DNA of 64,000 nt from Epithemia pelagica (taxonomy: Eukaryota; Protista; Bacillariophyta): positions 2,046,001 through 2,110,000 of the forward strand of contig OX337231.1 in the NCBI GenBank assembly GCA_946965045.2. Reading direction: 5' to 3'. Position numbers and translations under genes: made by a program. The notes below the pieces were generated by a model. The model was not told where the DNA came from, searched no databases, and saw only the letters and a program-made list of their open reading frames with translations. Position 1 is the first letter of the stretch; every line of letters starts with the position of its first letter. This document shows, in pieces, positions 1 through 10,875 of the stretch.

Positions 1-1
1 T

Positions 2-661
2 GGTCCTGGCTTTGGTCGGGCAACTTGCTTCGTCGAGAGCAATAGGACCAATGGGTTGAGCAACTGAAGCAAAGTTACGAAGAATATGGCTCTTTGCAGC
101 TCTCATTGACCACAGAGGGTCGTCAGGATTCTTTGCCATCGACTGAGAGTATATGCGAAGAGAACCACGAATGGCTACAAAGGTATCTCTCGACATGGTA
201 GAAGAGAAAGCAGAAGAGCCCAAGAACATCTTTTGACTCCACAACTCCTTCATTTGTGTAGAGTTACAGAGCGACATTGCAATGTCCAATCCCAACACAC
301 ACCGAAGAGCTTTTGTGGTGAGTACAATTTTGGCTCTCTGTCCACTCTGCTTCTCTTCCAAGGCCTGTTTCGTTGCTTTGAAGATGAACCGATCGATGAA
401 CCGAGGAGGGATAAAGAGGAGGAATAGTCCCAATGGACCAGACTCCAAGAAGGCTTGTTGGCATGCCTTTGGATCATGTAGGTGAAGATCTGAGGAGGCG
501 ATTTGGTTGTCGATGTATTGGTTCTCGCTTCGGTTCTTGGAAATATCCCCCAATTTGACCTTGCCATCACGGTGCAGACTTGTAATTTCGTCATCGTCCT
601 CTTCATTAGCATCGTCATTGTCATAGTTGAGCCGGACAGCGGCGTCAGAGGTACTTTCCAT
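2..661 (-). mobile_element. piggyBac-like (PGBD / DDE_Tnp_1_7) transposase, 5' part; runs off the window start
   Basis: Manual translation from ATG at 661 is open to base 2 (absent from the ORF track because no stop lies in the window). It reads ...GPLGLFLLFIP...ALRCVLGLDIAMS...ELWSQKMFLGSSAFSSTMSRDTFVAIRGSL...DDPLWSMR...PIALDEASCPTKART, matching the piggyBac F..MSRxRF and SIDExMxxFKGR (first catalytic Asp) blocks. A possible intron acceptor lies near 686. Confidence 0.8.
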
Positions 662-1308
662 GGTTGAAAGAGACGATGGAGGTGCCTGGGTACAAAAATG
701 AGTGGTGTGAAATTTCAGAAAAAACAGCAAAACTCAACAAGTAACTGGCAGATCATGATGGTCCGACCACCCATCGATAGAACACACTAAGACGCATCTA
801 TGGTAACAAACAGTACTCCGATAACAGAGAAGTCATTGACATATGATCGTTGCAAAATCTCAATTTTGGCAATTGATGATATTGTCATCATTTTTTGAAT
901 CACGAGTTGTTGGTCATAACTCACGTGGTGTTTTGTTAAATGGATTGCAATTTTGTTAACTATTTTTGATGACAAATTTGTCAGTGACCGGGCCAAAAAA
1001 AGTGCCGGGCAGTTTTGCTTTTTATTAAGCAAAAAGTCGACACTCTAAACGGCCACCCTGCTGTTCAGCTCCTCTACTACTCCCCAGTGGGGGTGGCTTT
1101 GAGGGTGTGATTTCGATTTCGTTGAAACACCCCCGCTGGGGACTAGTACGCTGCTGGGAGAAAAGTGCCTTATCCCCAGCGCGGGCGAGTATTTTACGGC
1201 AAATTGATAATTCCTCCACGAAATTTCCACCTCCGCTGGGACGTAATACTTGTCTGTGCCTTTTCTTTTTAACTTTCACAGAAAAATTGGAACAGGCGAA
1301 CAGCGACC

Positions 1309-2811
1309 ATGAATTCCAACGAGGTCGAAGGTTCAATCATTAGAAGCATAGAAGGGAAACAAGTCATTGATATAAATAAATTTGATGCGGAACATTCGCT
1401 GGATGACCTGGCAAGAGTCCTGTCGGAACACGAGTCCCTGGACAAGTTGTGCATCATGGGGGATGAATTGGACAGGAGACCCATCAGCCACGCCGAGATT
1501 GGTCGTTTGATGGAGGCCATTGAAGGACATTCAAACTTGACGAAAATGTCCCTCCCGCGTTGTTGGGCCTCAACCGAAACGGACACGAGAATGATCCGGC
1601 ATTTCTCGGATAGCCCCAAATTGGTGCTCCTGAACCTACAACTAGGGTTTATTTTGTCGAGATCCGGCATGCCCTCTCCTGGCATCCGTTTGGATTTGTA
1701 TGACAATGTCACCATTCGGTTGGAGGTGTTCCAAGAACTTACGAAAATGCCCAATCTCATGTCCTTAAAAATACCCACTCCTCTCATGTCCTCAGAGGGA
1801 CACCGCACTACCCTTCGCACATTGATCAATTTAACGAACGACCCAATGTGCAATATTTCGCAAATGTCCTTTGCCACAAAACTGAGTCGCCAAGATCTTG
1901 AAAATTTGAGCAACTACGAGAAGTTGACGGAACTATCCATGGCATATGTCAATGCTGATCAATTACGTTTCTTGTTCCCCTTGAGTCAGCTGGAGAAAGT
2001 AACATTTCATTGTATCACTTCAACGGGTATTGTTCCCAGGGATCAGACATCCCACATCTTGAATGGATTGGCAGACTTTTTGATTGCACAACCAAAGTTA
2101 AAAATCTTACGGCTCGCGGAATATGTCGTTAATTCTGACGAGGACCCATTTGCACTGCACGAGTCTACTGAATCCGCAATCCCTCACCTCACCCAAGCGG
2201 TGAAAACCCATGAATCCTTGCATTCGCTGAAGTTGCATCCCCCATTTGAATTTGGAAAGCAAGTGTCGCATGCAATTTATGTGGCATTGTCAGCGGCATT
2301 GCCTCACAATAGCAGGGTCAAGAAACTGGACCTTAGTCTTCGTCCCTGGGATTTGAAGGCGCGGCCTGATCTGTTACCAGCAGGCGTACACCTCCAGGAG
2401 TTGTTGCTTGATCTGAATCGCATGGACATGGACCAGGTGAAAGATATCGCATCATGGGTGGACAAAAATATGAGTATAATCAGAATTACGCGCAATGATT
2501 TAGAGTGGTCTCTTTTGCACCGCCCTCCTCGTACGCGCCGCTATCCTCGTCCTTTGACTGAAGCTTTGACTAAAGAGTACAATCAAATTCGCAAGGTCCT
2601 GACCCGAAACAAGCTTGCGCACCATGTCAACAATGCAACTTATGCACATCCGGCCATCTCCATCACTGTTTGGCCACAGTTGTTGGCCAAACTTGGATCG
2701 AATGGACACGAGGGCACTCCTGTCTTTGTGTTCCTCCGAAACAACACGACGCCCATCGGGACATTCAGGGGGCCGAATTTGAGAAGAGATTCCACTGGCA
2801 GATTTAAGTAA
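1309..2811 (+). CDS. RNI-like leucine-rich-repeat protein, copy 1 (500 aa)
   Basis: Repeated LxxLxL units (SLDKLCI, NLTKMSL, KLVLLNL, NLMSLKI, KLTELSM, KLKILRL, SLHSLKL, RVKKLDL, HLQELLL). The C-terminal LTRNKL...VWPQLLAKL...VFVFLRN tail resembles expanded diatom LRR families. Confidence 0.8.
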   Translation: MNSNEVEGSIIRSIEGKQVIDINKFDAEHSLDDLARVLSEHESLDKLCIMGDELDRRPISHAEIGRLMEAIEGHSNLTKMSLPRCWASTETDTRMIRHFSDSPKLVLLNLQLGFILSRSGMPSPGIRLDLYDNVTIRLEVFQELTKMPNLMSLKIPTPLMSSEGHRTTLRTLINLTNDPMCNISQMSFATKLSRQDLENLSNYEKLTELSMAYVNADQLRFLFPLSQLEKVTFHCITSTGIVPRDQTSHILNGLADFLIAQPKLKILRLAEYVVNSDEDPFALHESTESAIPHLTQAVKTHESLHSLKLHPPFEFGKQVSHAIYVALSAALPHNSRVKKLDLSLRPWDLKARPDLLPAGVHLQELLLDLNRMDMDQVKDIASWVDKNMSIIRITRNDLEWSLLHRPPRTRRYPRPLTEALTKEYNQIRKVLTRNKLAHHVNNATYAHPAISITVWPQLLAKLGSNGHEGTPVFVFLRNNTTPIGTFRGPNLRRDSTGRFK

Positions 2812-4247
2812 CGTGCCAAGAACATCGCTTCCCATTTATGAGACAGCGTGTACAAGAAGCCAACAAGGACAACAAGACGTCCAAACTTGACAAAGAGGAG
2901 AACAACGTCGTACGGATGAAGGTTTTGTTTGAATTGTGAATTCCGACCACTCCTTGACGATTACCAGACAGAAGGCTTCAGGACTGTGCTCAAACAGATA
3001 ACAGTTCTATATTATTTGTTGGTCTAGGCCAACTTACTCCTACCATAGTGTTCATCCATCAATGCTTTTGGGTCCTTTGGAGCTATGGCTGTAGCTATGA
3101 CACAGCATGAAAAAATGTGGAAGCTTGAAAAAGGACCTAACACTTCAGCGAATCCGACACAACTTGCACCCAGCATGGGCAACAACCAAGACAAAGGAGT
3201 AGAGGAGCAATCCAGTGCCCAATTTATCACCTCAAGTATGACCATGGCTGGTGGATCTGACGACAGCGACAATATTTCCGATGAAATGGGAACGTCATGG
3301 TCGCATCGAATGCTCCAAGTCTGACCAAGAGCGAAGTCGCGCCCATGACGAGGAGCGCAGCAGTCAAGATCGAAGTTCGGAACACAGTTCTACTCCTTTG
3401 CGCATGCGATTGGAGTAGTGAAGAATTGATCATCGGAAAGGGTCGTATCGCCCTTCCAAGTCTTTGCCCAAGGATTTCAAAGAAGGAGCCCGCTTGCACG
3501 TACTGGAAAAAAGCCATCCTGTCTGTTGAGTGTTGTGGAGTCTCGACAGAGACATTTCTGTCTGCCAATGACACCATTGTGGCTGCTCCCCGATCCTGCT
3601 GCTGATTGCCATCCCTCTCTTGAAACGACGACAACAAGAAGTCCTCCACCGGCATCGACCAATTGCCGTTGCACCATTATCAATCAAAAAACGACCCGAA
3701 AACTCTCTTGTCACAGCAAGAATCGAACGGATTGATGCGAACTATTTGCTGCAATCCTCTTTAACAACAAGAAGCACCCAGAAGAGCCATTGGACTCATT
3801 GGTCTGTCGATACTGATGGAGGATTGTCGTCCCGAGAAAGAAAAGTTGATTGCGAAGCATGTAATCCTCGAAGGGTGTTTCTTACATTGTATCTCCGATT
3901 GCAGCTCGAGGTACGATTTACAGCTTGTTGCGATGGAAGTTGTCGTTGAGTGTACTGTTGTTTTGTCCAGTGTGACAACGACAAAAGCGGTTTGGTTCTT
4001 GTAATTGTTCCGTTGTTCCATCGACTTGATTTCGTTGCGGGTCATCTTATGGCCATTTGATGATAGGCTGCAGTGACCAGCATTGAGTAGTCGAACATAA
4101 AGGGAAGAAGGAGTACTTCCCGTCTAACGCGCCGTGCGCGGTGCATCACCAGCTTTTCTCTCGAACTGAGTGGTCTAATCCGGTTGCGTAGGTCCAAACA
4201 AGCAATATCCTGAAAGTACCCGATTCTTTTTGCACCTGAAAAGTGAT

Positions 4248-5939
4248 CTAAAGTACAGTCTCTGGCCTATGGAGGCTTTTTGGTGCGGAACGTGGCCTCT
4301 TCTTCGAGCTCATTGAACGTGTTGGCACGCTTCGGTAGTCTTCAAGGTCAGTCACTACCAGTCGTTCCGGCTTCGCAATCTCTCCCGTCGGGACATAAAG
4401 CCAGTTTCGAAGGACTTCAGCATCGAGGTGTTCAAAGCCATATTTATGGTAAAGTTTCTGTATAACCTTGCGACTATCGGCCGCAAAAGATGTACTGTCA
4501 CACTCGATAGCAGTCGGTGCTCGTCCGAGCTGAAGCCCAAGAAACTTAATCGTGGCGTCGCCAAGCTCGGAAAGGAACATGGGCTTTGGCACGAGAACGC
4601 CCCATACATCTTGCAACAAGGCGTAGGCTTGGCTTTCTCGGATGAAACTTCTAAGTCCAATTGCGGTGGCCGTATCGAACTGCTTCAATGCATATTCCTG
4701 GCCTTTCCATCGGACACGAAACACGGCTCCATTTCTTCCATACCCGATTGGGTCCATTATAACTAGGTCACCAACAGAAACAAATGGCAACCAGGAAGCA
4801 AGACGAAGGGTCTGACTACTGGTCGCTTCCGAAGGGACGTAATCTGATTCACTGGTATTTGCATCTTGACTGTCCCCATTGGAAGTCTCGTTTTCGTTAT
4901 TCTCGTTGTCATTATGCTCATCAATTTCATTCACTGCCCGAGGCGGAGTTGAGGCGAGACCCCAATTTTCGGGGCACGTGAAATGTCCATCTGCCGCAGT
5001 TCTCGCGAGATGCGCAAAATGGGCCCACGCCCGCAAATAGTTCTGTTCGCCAAGCAGATACGACCTGCTGACATAAACACGAGGCGTTGTATCAGTACGA
5101 CTTGTATCGCAGACCCTTACAAAGTAGGTTCGTGTAGCACTGGTCAGCACTCCGAATCGAATGCTGTTGTTCTTCAGTTGCCGAAAAAGCTGTGCCAAAG
5201 GGCGGCATACGTGACACCATGTTGCACTCCGGAACCCTTGTGTCGTCATGTTCATGTATCCTTCGTTGTATGCATCCGCAATTTCGGTGGCACCCAGGGG
5301 AAGCAGAAGATTCTGCGTAGATTTGCATTCGACAGGTGCAATCAAATTGCGCCGAACTGCACCATCGGCGTCTGTACCATTAATGTAGGAAAGGGCCCGA
5401 TCCATGTCACCAATGGCATTCGTACTGGTGCGATGTTCCAAGTGAACATCCAAGTTATGCAAATAACGAAGCACAAGTACAAGGTACTGCATTTCGTCGG
5501 ATTCAGTTATCACACGCTCAAATCCATTCAGAAGAAAAAAGGGCAACGGGGGGACCCTTGAAGGGGTCAAGCGCAAATCTCGATCTACTTGAAAGTTCTC
5601 GACGCCCGTTTCGAAATCAGCCCACGCGCTCAGCTGCGGAAAATAATAGCGGTTCCTCTGTCCACTCGCCGCGGTTCTCTGAGACGCACCATCAATTCCC
5701 ATCAACGGAGGAGGCACTCGATGGTTCAAAACTTGGTCAACTGTTGTGCACTTTGGTGCGGCCATAGCCTCAAACGTCGGCATTAGACTTGAGCGCAAAT
5801 TATTCCAGGCTCTTCGCTCTTTTATTTCCTCCCTCGTCAGAGTCAGACGACTGGTCTCAATTGTCCTCGATCGGTCTTCATTCAAGACCTTTCCATTATT
5901 GGTGGCTGTGATAAATGCCGTTTCTGAGTATTCAGCCAT
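4248..5939 (-). CDS. REase-like (PD-(D/E)xK) + atypical protein kinase fusion, Crinkler CR-REase/CR-kinase type, copy 1 (563 aa from MAEYSE)
   Basis: N-half has DMDRAL...PVECKST (D...ExK) and FGVLTSATRTYFV. An acidic linker follows, then the kinase motifs IGYGRNGAVF, YALKQF, FIRESQAY, HLDAEVLRN, VVTDLE. The ORF is open upstream to 6032. Confidence 0.75.
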   Translation of the reverse strand: MAEYSETAFITATNNGKVLNEDRSRTIETSRLTLTREEIKERRAWNNLRSSLMPTFEAMAAPKCTTVDQVLNHRVPPPLMGIDGASQRTAASGQRNRYYFPQLSAWADFETGVENFQVDRDLRLTPSRVPPLPFFLLNGFERVITESDEMQYLVLVLRYLHNLDVHLEHRTSTNAIGDMDRALSYINGTDADGAVRRNLIAPVECKSTQNLLLPLGATEIADAYNEGYMNMTTQGFRSATWCHVCRPLAQLFRQLKNNSIRFGVLTSATRTYFVRVCDTSRTDTTPRVYVSRSYLLGEQNYLRAWAHFAHLARTAADGHFTCPENWGLASTPPRAVNEIDEHNDNENNENETSNGDSQDANTSESDYVPSEATSSQTLRLASWLPFVSVGDLVIMDPIGYGRNGAVFRVRWKGQEYALKQFDTATAIGLRSFIRESQAYALLQDVWGVLVPKPMFLSELGDATIKFLGLQLGRAPTAIECDSTSFAADSRKVIQKLYHKYGFEHLDAEVLRNWLYVPTGEIAKPERLVVTDLEDYRSVPTRSMSSKKRPRSAPKSLHRPETVL

Positions 5940-6297
5940 GGTGGTAGCAGCCTCCTCGTTGCAATTGTACCTATGAAGACCTAGCGAGTCAAGTACTATT
6001 CTCTCCTTAGTTATTAAGCAAAAAGTCGACACTCTAAACGGCCACCCTGCTGTTCAGCTCCGCTACTACTCCCCAGTGGGGGTGGCTTTGAGGGTGTGAT
6101 TTCGATTTCGTTGAAACACCCCCGCTGGGGACTAGTACGCTGCTGGGAGAAAAGTGCCTTATCCCCAGCGCGGGCGAGTATTTTACGGCAAATTGATAAT
6201 TCCTCCACGAAATTTCCACCTCCGCTGGGACGTAATACTTGTCTGTGCCTTTTCTTTTTAACTTTCACAGAAAAATTGGAACAGGCGAACAGCGACC

Positions 6298-7800
6298 ATG
6301 AATTCCAACGAGGTCGAAGGTTCAATCATTAGAAGCATAGAAGGGAAACAAGTCATTGATATAAATAAATTTGATGCGGAACATTCGCTGGATGACCTGG
6401 CAAGAGTCCTGTCGGAACACGAGTCCCTGGACAAGTTGTGCATCATGGGGGATGAATTGGACAGGAGACCCATCAGCCACGCCGAGATTGGTCGTTTGAT
6501 GGAGGCCATTGAAGGACATTCAAACTTGACGAAAATGTCCCTCCCGCGTTGTTGGGCCTCAACCGAAACGGACACGAGAATGATCCGGCATTTCTCGGAT
6601 AGCCCCAAATTGGTGCTCCTGAACCTACAACTAGGGTTTATTTTGTCGAGATCCGGCATGCCCTCTCCTGGCATCCGTTTGGATTTGTATGACAATGTCA
6701 CCATTCGGTTGGAGGTGTTCCAAGAACTTACGAAAATGCCCAATCTCATGTCCTTAAAAATACCCACTCCTCTCATGTCCTCAGAGGGACACCGCACTAC
6801 CCTTCGCACATTGATCAATTTAACGAACGACCCAATGTGCAATATTTCGCAAATGTCCTTTGCCACAAAACTGAGTCGCCAAGATCTTGAAAATTTGAGC
6901 AACTACGAGAAGTTGACGGAACTATCCATGGCATATGTCAATGCTGATCAATTACGTTTCTTGTTCCCCTTGAGTCAGCTGGAGAAAGTAACATTTCATT
7001 GTATCACTTCAACGGGTATTGTTCCCAGGGATCAGACATCCCACATCTTGAATGGATTGGCAGACTTTTTGATTGCACAACCAAAGTTAAAAATCTTACG
7101 GCTCGCGGAATATGTCGTTAATTCTGACGAGGACCCATTTGCACTGCACGAGTCTACTGAATCCGCAATCCCTCACCTCACCCAAGCGGTGAAAACCCAT
7201 GAATCCTTGCATTCGCTGAAGTTGCATCCCCCATTTGAATTTGGAAAGCAAGTGTCGCATGCAATTTATGTGGCATTGTCAGCGGCATTGCCTCACAATA
7301 GCAGGGTCAAGAAACTGGACCTTAGTCTTCGTCCCTGGGATTTGAAGGCGCGGCCTGATCTGTTACCAGCAGGCGTACACCTCCAGGAGTTGTTGCTTGA
7401 TCTGAATCGCATGGACATGGACCAGGTGAAAGATATCGCATCATGGGTGGACAAAAATATGAGTATAATCAGAATTACGCGCAATGATTTAGAGTGGTCT
7501 CTTTTGCACCGCCCTCCTCGTACGCGCCGCTATCCTCGTCCTTTGACTGAAGCTTTGACTAAAGAGTACAATCAAATTCGCAAGGTCCTGACCCGAAACA
7601 AGCTTGCGCAACATGTCAACAATGCAACTTATGCACATCCGGCCATCTCCATCACTGTTTGGCCACAGTTGTTGGCCAAACTTGGATCGAATGGACACGA
7701 GGGCACTCCTGTCTTTGTGTTCCTCCGAAACAACACGACGCCCATCGGGACATTCAGGGGGCCGAATTTGAGAAGAGATTCCACTGGCAGATTTAAGTAA
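6298..7800 (+). CDS. RNI-like LRR protein, copy 2 (500 aa)
   Basis: Differs from copy 1 at a single residue (KLAHHV vs KLAQHV). Confidence 0.8.
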   Translation: MNSNEVEGSIIRSIEGKQVIDINKFDAEHSLDDLARVLSEHESLDKLCIMGDELDRRPISHAEIGRLMEAIEGHSNLTKMSLPRCWASTETDTRMIRHFSDSPKLVLLNLQLGFILSRSGMPSPGIRLDLYDNVTIRLEVFQELTKMPNLMSLKIPTPLMSSEGHRTTLRTLINLTNDPMCNISQMSFATKLSRQDLENLSNYEKLTELSMAYVNADQLRFLFPLSQLEKVTFHCITSTGIVPRDQTSHILNGLADFLIAQPKLKILRLAEYVVNSDEDPFALHESTESAIPHLTQAVKTHESLHSLKLHPPFEFGKQVSHAIYVALSAALPHNSRVKKLDLSLRPWDLKARPDLLPAGVHLQELLLDLNRMDMDQVKDIASWVDKNMSIIRITRNDLEWSLLHRPPRTRRYPRPLTEALTKEYNQIRKVLTRNKLAQHVNNATYAHPAISITVWPQLLAKLGSNGHEGTPVFVFLRNNTTPIGTFRGPNLRRDSTGRFK

Positions 7801-9237
7801 CGTGCCAAGAACATCGCTTCCCATTTATGAGACAGCGTGTACAAGAAGCCAACAAGGACAACAAGACGTCCAAACTTGACAAAGAGGAGAACAACGTCGT
7901 ACGGATGAAGGTTTTGTTTGAATTGTGAATTCCGACCACTCCTTGACGATTACCAGACAGAAGGCTTCAGGACTGTGCTCAAACAGATAACAGTTCTATA
8001 TTATTTGTTGGTCTAGGCCAACTTACTCCTACCATAGTGTTCATCCATCAATGCTTTTGGGTCCTTTGGAGCTATGGCTGTAGCTATGACACAGCATGAA
8101 AAAATGTGGAAGCTTGAAAAAGGACCTAACACTTCAGCGAATCCGACACAACTTGCACCCAGCATGGTCAACAACCAAGACAAAGGAGTAGAGGAGCAAT
8201 CCAGTGCCCAATTTATCACCTCAAGTATGACCATGGCTGGTGGATCTGACGACAGCGACAGTATTTCCGATGAAATGGGAACGTCATGGTCGCATCGAAT
8301 GCTCCAAGTCTGACCAAGAGCGAAGTCGCGCCCATGACGAGGTTCCCAGTAGTAAAGATCGAAGTTCGGAACACAGTTCCACTCCCTGCGCATGCGATTG
8401 GAGTAGTGAAGAATTGATCATCGGAAAGGGTAGTATCGCCCTTCCAAGTCTTTGCCCAAGGATTTCAAAGAAGGAGCCCGCATGCACGTACTGGAAAAAG
8501 CCATCCTGTCCGTTGAGTGTTGTGGAGTCTCGACAGAGACGTTTCTGTCTGCCAATGACACCATTGTGGCTGCTCCCCGATCCTGCTGCTGATTGCCATC
8601 CCGTTCTTGAAACGACGACAACAAGAAGTCCTCCATCGGCATCGACCAATTGCCGTTGCACCATTATCAATCACAACACGACCCGAAAACTCTCTTGTCA
8701 CAACAAGAATCGAACGGATTGATGCCAACGATTTGCTGCAATCCTCATTAACAACAAGAAGCACCCAGAAGAGCCATTGGACTCATTGGTCGGTCGATAC
8801 TGATGGAGGATTGTCGTCCCGAGAAAGAGAAGTTGATTGTGAAGCATGTAGTCCTCGAAGGGTGATTGTTACATTATATCTCCAGGTGCAGATCGTGGTA
8901 TGATTTACTGCTTGTTGCGATGAAAGGTGTCGTTGAGTGTACTGTTGTTGTTTTGTCCAGTGTGACAACGACAAATGCGGTTTGGTTCTTGTAATTGTTG
9001 CGTTGTTCCATCGACTTGATTTCGTTGTGGGTCATCTTATGGCCATTTGATGATAGGCTGCAGTGACCAGCGTTGAGTAGTCAACCATATAGGGAAGAAG
9101 GAGTACTTCCCGTCTAACGCCCCGTGCGCGGTGCATCACCAGCTTTTCTCTCGAACTGTGTGGTCTAATCCGGTTGCGTAGGTCCAAACAAGCAATATCC
9201 TGAAAGTACCCGATTCATTTCGCACCTGAAAAGTAAT

Positions 9238-10875
9238 CTAAAGTACAGTCTCTGGCCTATGGAGGCTTTTTGGTGCGGAACGTGGCCTCTTCTTCGAGCT
9301 CATTGAACGTGTTGGCACGCTTCGGTAGTCTTCAAGGTCAGTCACTACCAGTCGTTCCGGCTTCGCAATCTCTCCCGTCGGGACATAAAGCCAGTTTCGA
9401 AGGACTTCAGCATCGAGGTGTTCAAAGCCAAATTTATGGTAAAGTTTCTGTATAACCTTGCGACTATCGGTCGCAAAAGATGTACTGTCACACTCGATAG
9501 CAGTCGGTGCTCGTCCGAGTTGAAGCCCAAGAAACTTAATCGTGGCGTCGCCAAGCTCGGAAAGGAACATGGGCTTTGGCACGAGGACGCCCCATACATC
9601 TTGCAACAAGGCGTAGGCTTGGCTTTCTCGGATGAAACTTCTAAGTCCAATTGCGGTGGCCGTATCGAACTGCTTCAATGCATATTCCTGGCCTTCCCAT
9701 CGAACACGAAACACGGCTCCATTTCTTCCATACCCGATTGGGTCCATTATAACTAGGTCACCAACAGAAACAAATGGCAACCAGGAAGCAAGACGAAGGG
9801 TCTGACTGCTGATCACTTCCGAAGAGACGTAATCTGATTCGTTGTCATTATGCTCATCAATTTCATTCACTGCCCGAGACGGAGTTGAGGCGAGACCCCA
9901 ATTTTCGGGGCACGTGAATTGTCCATCTGCCGCAGTTCTCGCGAGATGCGCAAAATGGGCCCACGCCCGCAAATAGTTCTGTTCGCCAAGCAGATACGAC
10001 CTGCTGACATAAACACGAGGCGTTGTATCAGTACGACTTGTATCGCAGACCCTTACAAAGTAGGTTCGTGTAGCACTGGTCAGCACTCCGAATCGAATGC
10101 TGTTGTTCTTCAGTTGCCGAAAAAGCTGTGCCAAAGGGCGGCATACGTGACACCATGTTGCACTCCGGAACCCTTGTGTCGTCATGTTCATGTATCCTTC
10201 GTTGTATGCATCCGCAATTTCGGTGGCACCCAGGGGAAGCAGAAGATTTTGCGTAGATTTGCATTCGATAGGTGCAATCAAATGGCGCCGAACTGCACCA
10301 TCAGCGTCTGTACCATTAATGTAGGAAAGGGCCCGATCCATGTCACCAATGGCATTCGTACTGGTGCGATGTTCCAAGTGAACATCCAAGTTTTGCAAAT
10401 AACGAATCACACGTACAAGGTACTGCATTTCGTCGGATTCAGTTACCATACGCTCAAATTCATTCAGAAGAAAAAAGGGCAACGGTGGGACCCTTGAAGG
10501 GGTCAAGCGCAAATCTCGATCTACTTGAAAGTTCTCGACGCCCGTTTCGAAATCAGCCCACGCGCTCAGCTGCGGAAAATAATAGCGGTTCCTTTGTCCA
10601 CTCGCCGCGGTTCTCTGAGACGCATCGTCAATTCCCATCAAAGGAGGAGGCACCCGATGATTCAAAACTTGGTCAACTGTTGTGCACATTGGTGCTGCCA
10701 TAGCCTCAAACGTCGGCATTAGACTTGAGCGCAAATTATTCCAGGCTCTTCGCTCTTCTATTTCCTCCCTCGTCAGAGTCAGACGACTGGTCTCAATTGT
10801 CCTCGATCGGTCCTCATTCAAGACCTTTCCATTATTGGTGTCTGTGATAAATGCCGTTTCTGAGTATTCAGCCAT
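9238..10875 (-). CDS. REase-like + kinase fusion, copy 2 (545 aa)
   Basis: Same motifs as copy 1 (PIECKST, HLDAEVLRN, TDLE), with about 20 substitutions and an 18-aa linker deletion. Confidence 0.75.
   Translation of the reverse strand: MAEYSETAFITDTNNGKVLNEDRSRTIETSRLTLTREEIEERRAWNNLRSSLMPTFEAMAAPMCTTVDQVLNHRVPPPLMGIDDASQRTAASGQRNRYYFPQLSAWADFETGVENFQVDRDLRLTPSRVPPLPFFLLNEFERMVTESDEMQYLVRVIRYLQNLDVHLEHRTSTNAIGDMDRALSYINGTDADGAVRRHLIAPIECKSTQNLLLPLGATEIADAYNEGYMNMTTQGFRSATWCHVCRPLAQLFRQLKNNSIRFGVLTSATRTYFVRVCDTSRTDTTPRVYVSRSYLLGEQNYLRAWAHFAHLARTAADGQFTCPENWGLASTPSRAVNEIDEHNDNESDYVSSEVISSQTLRLASWLPFVSVGDLVIMDPIGYGRNGAVFRVRWEGQEYALKQFDTATAIGLRSFIRESQAYALLQDVWGVLVPKPMFLSELGDATIKFLGLQLGRAPTAIECDSTSFATDSRKVIQKLYHKFGFEHLDAEVLRNWLYVPTGEIAKPERLVVTDLEDYRSVPTRSMSSKKRPRSAPKSLHRPETVL

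Larger units (their letters stand above)
1011..6008. repeat. Tandem module copy 1 (~5.0 kb: LRR gene + spacer + REase-kinase gene)
   Basis: Recurs at 6009 with offset 4989 (LRR ATG 1309 vs 6298). Starts AGTTTTGCTTTTTATTAAGCAAAAA and ends AAGTACTATTCTCTCCTT. Confidence 0.95.

Noticed and set aside
3050-4240. Spacer ORFs between LRR and kinase (and 8040-9230)
   Set aside because: Reading frames are not conserved between the two copies (stops and indels differ), and there is no recognisable domain.
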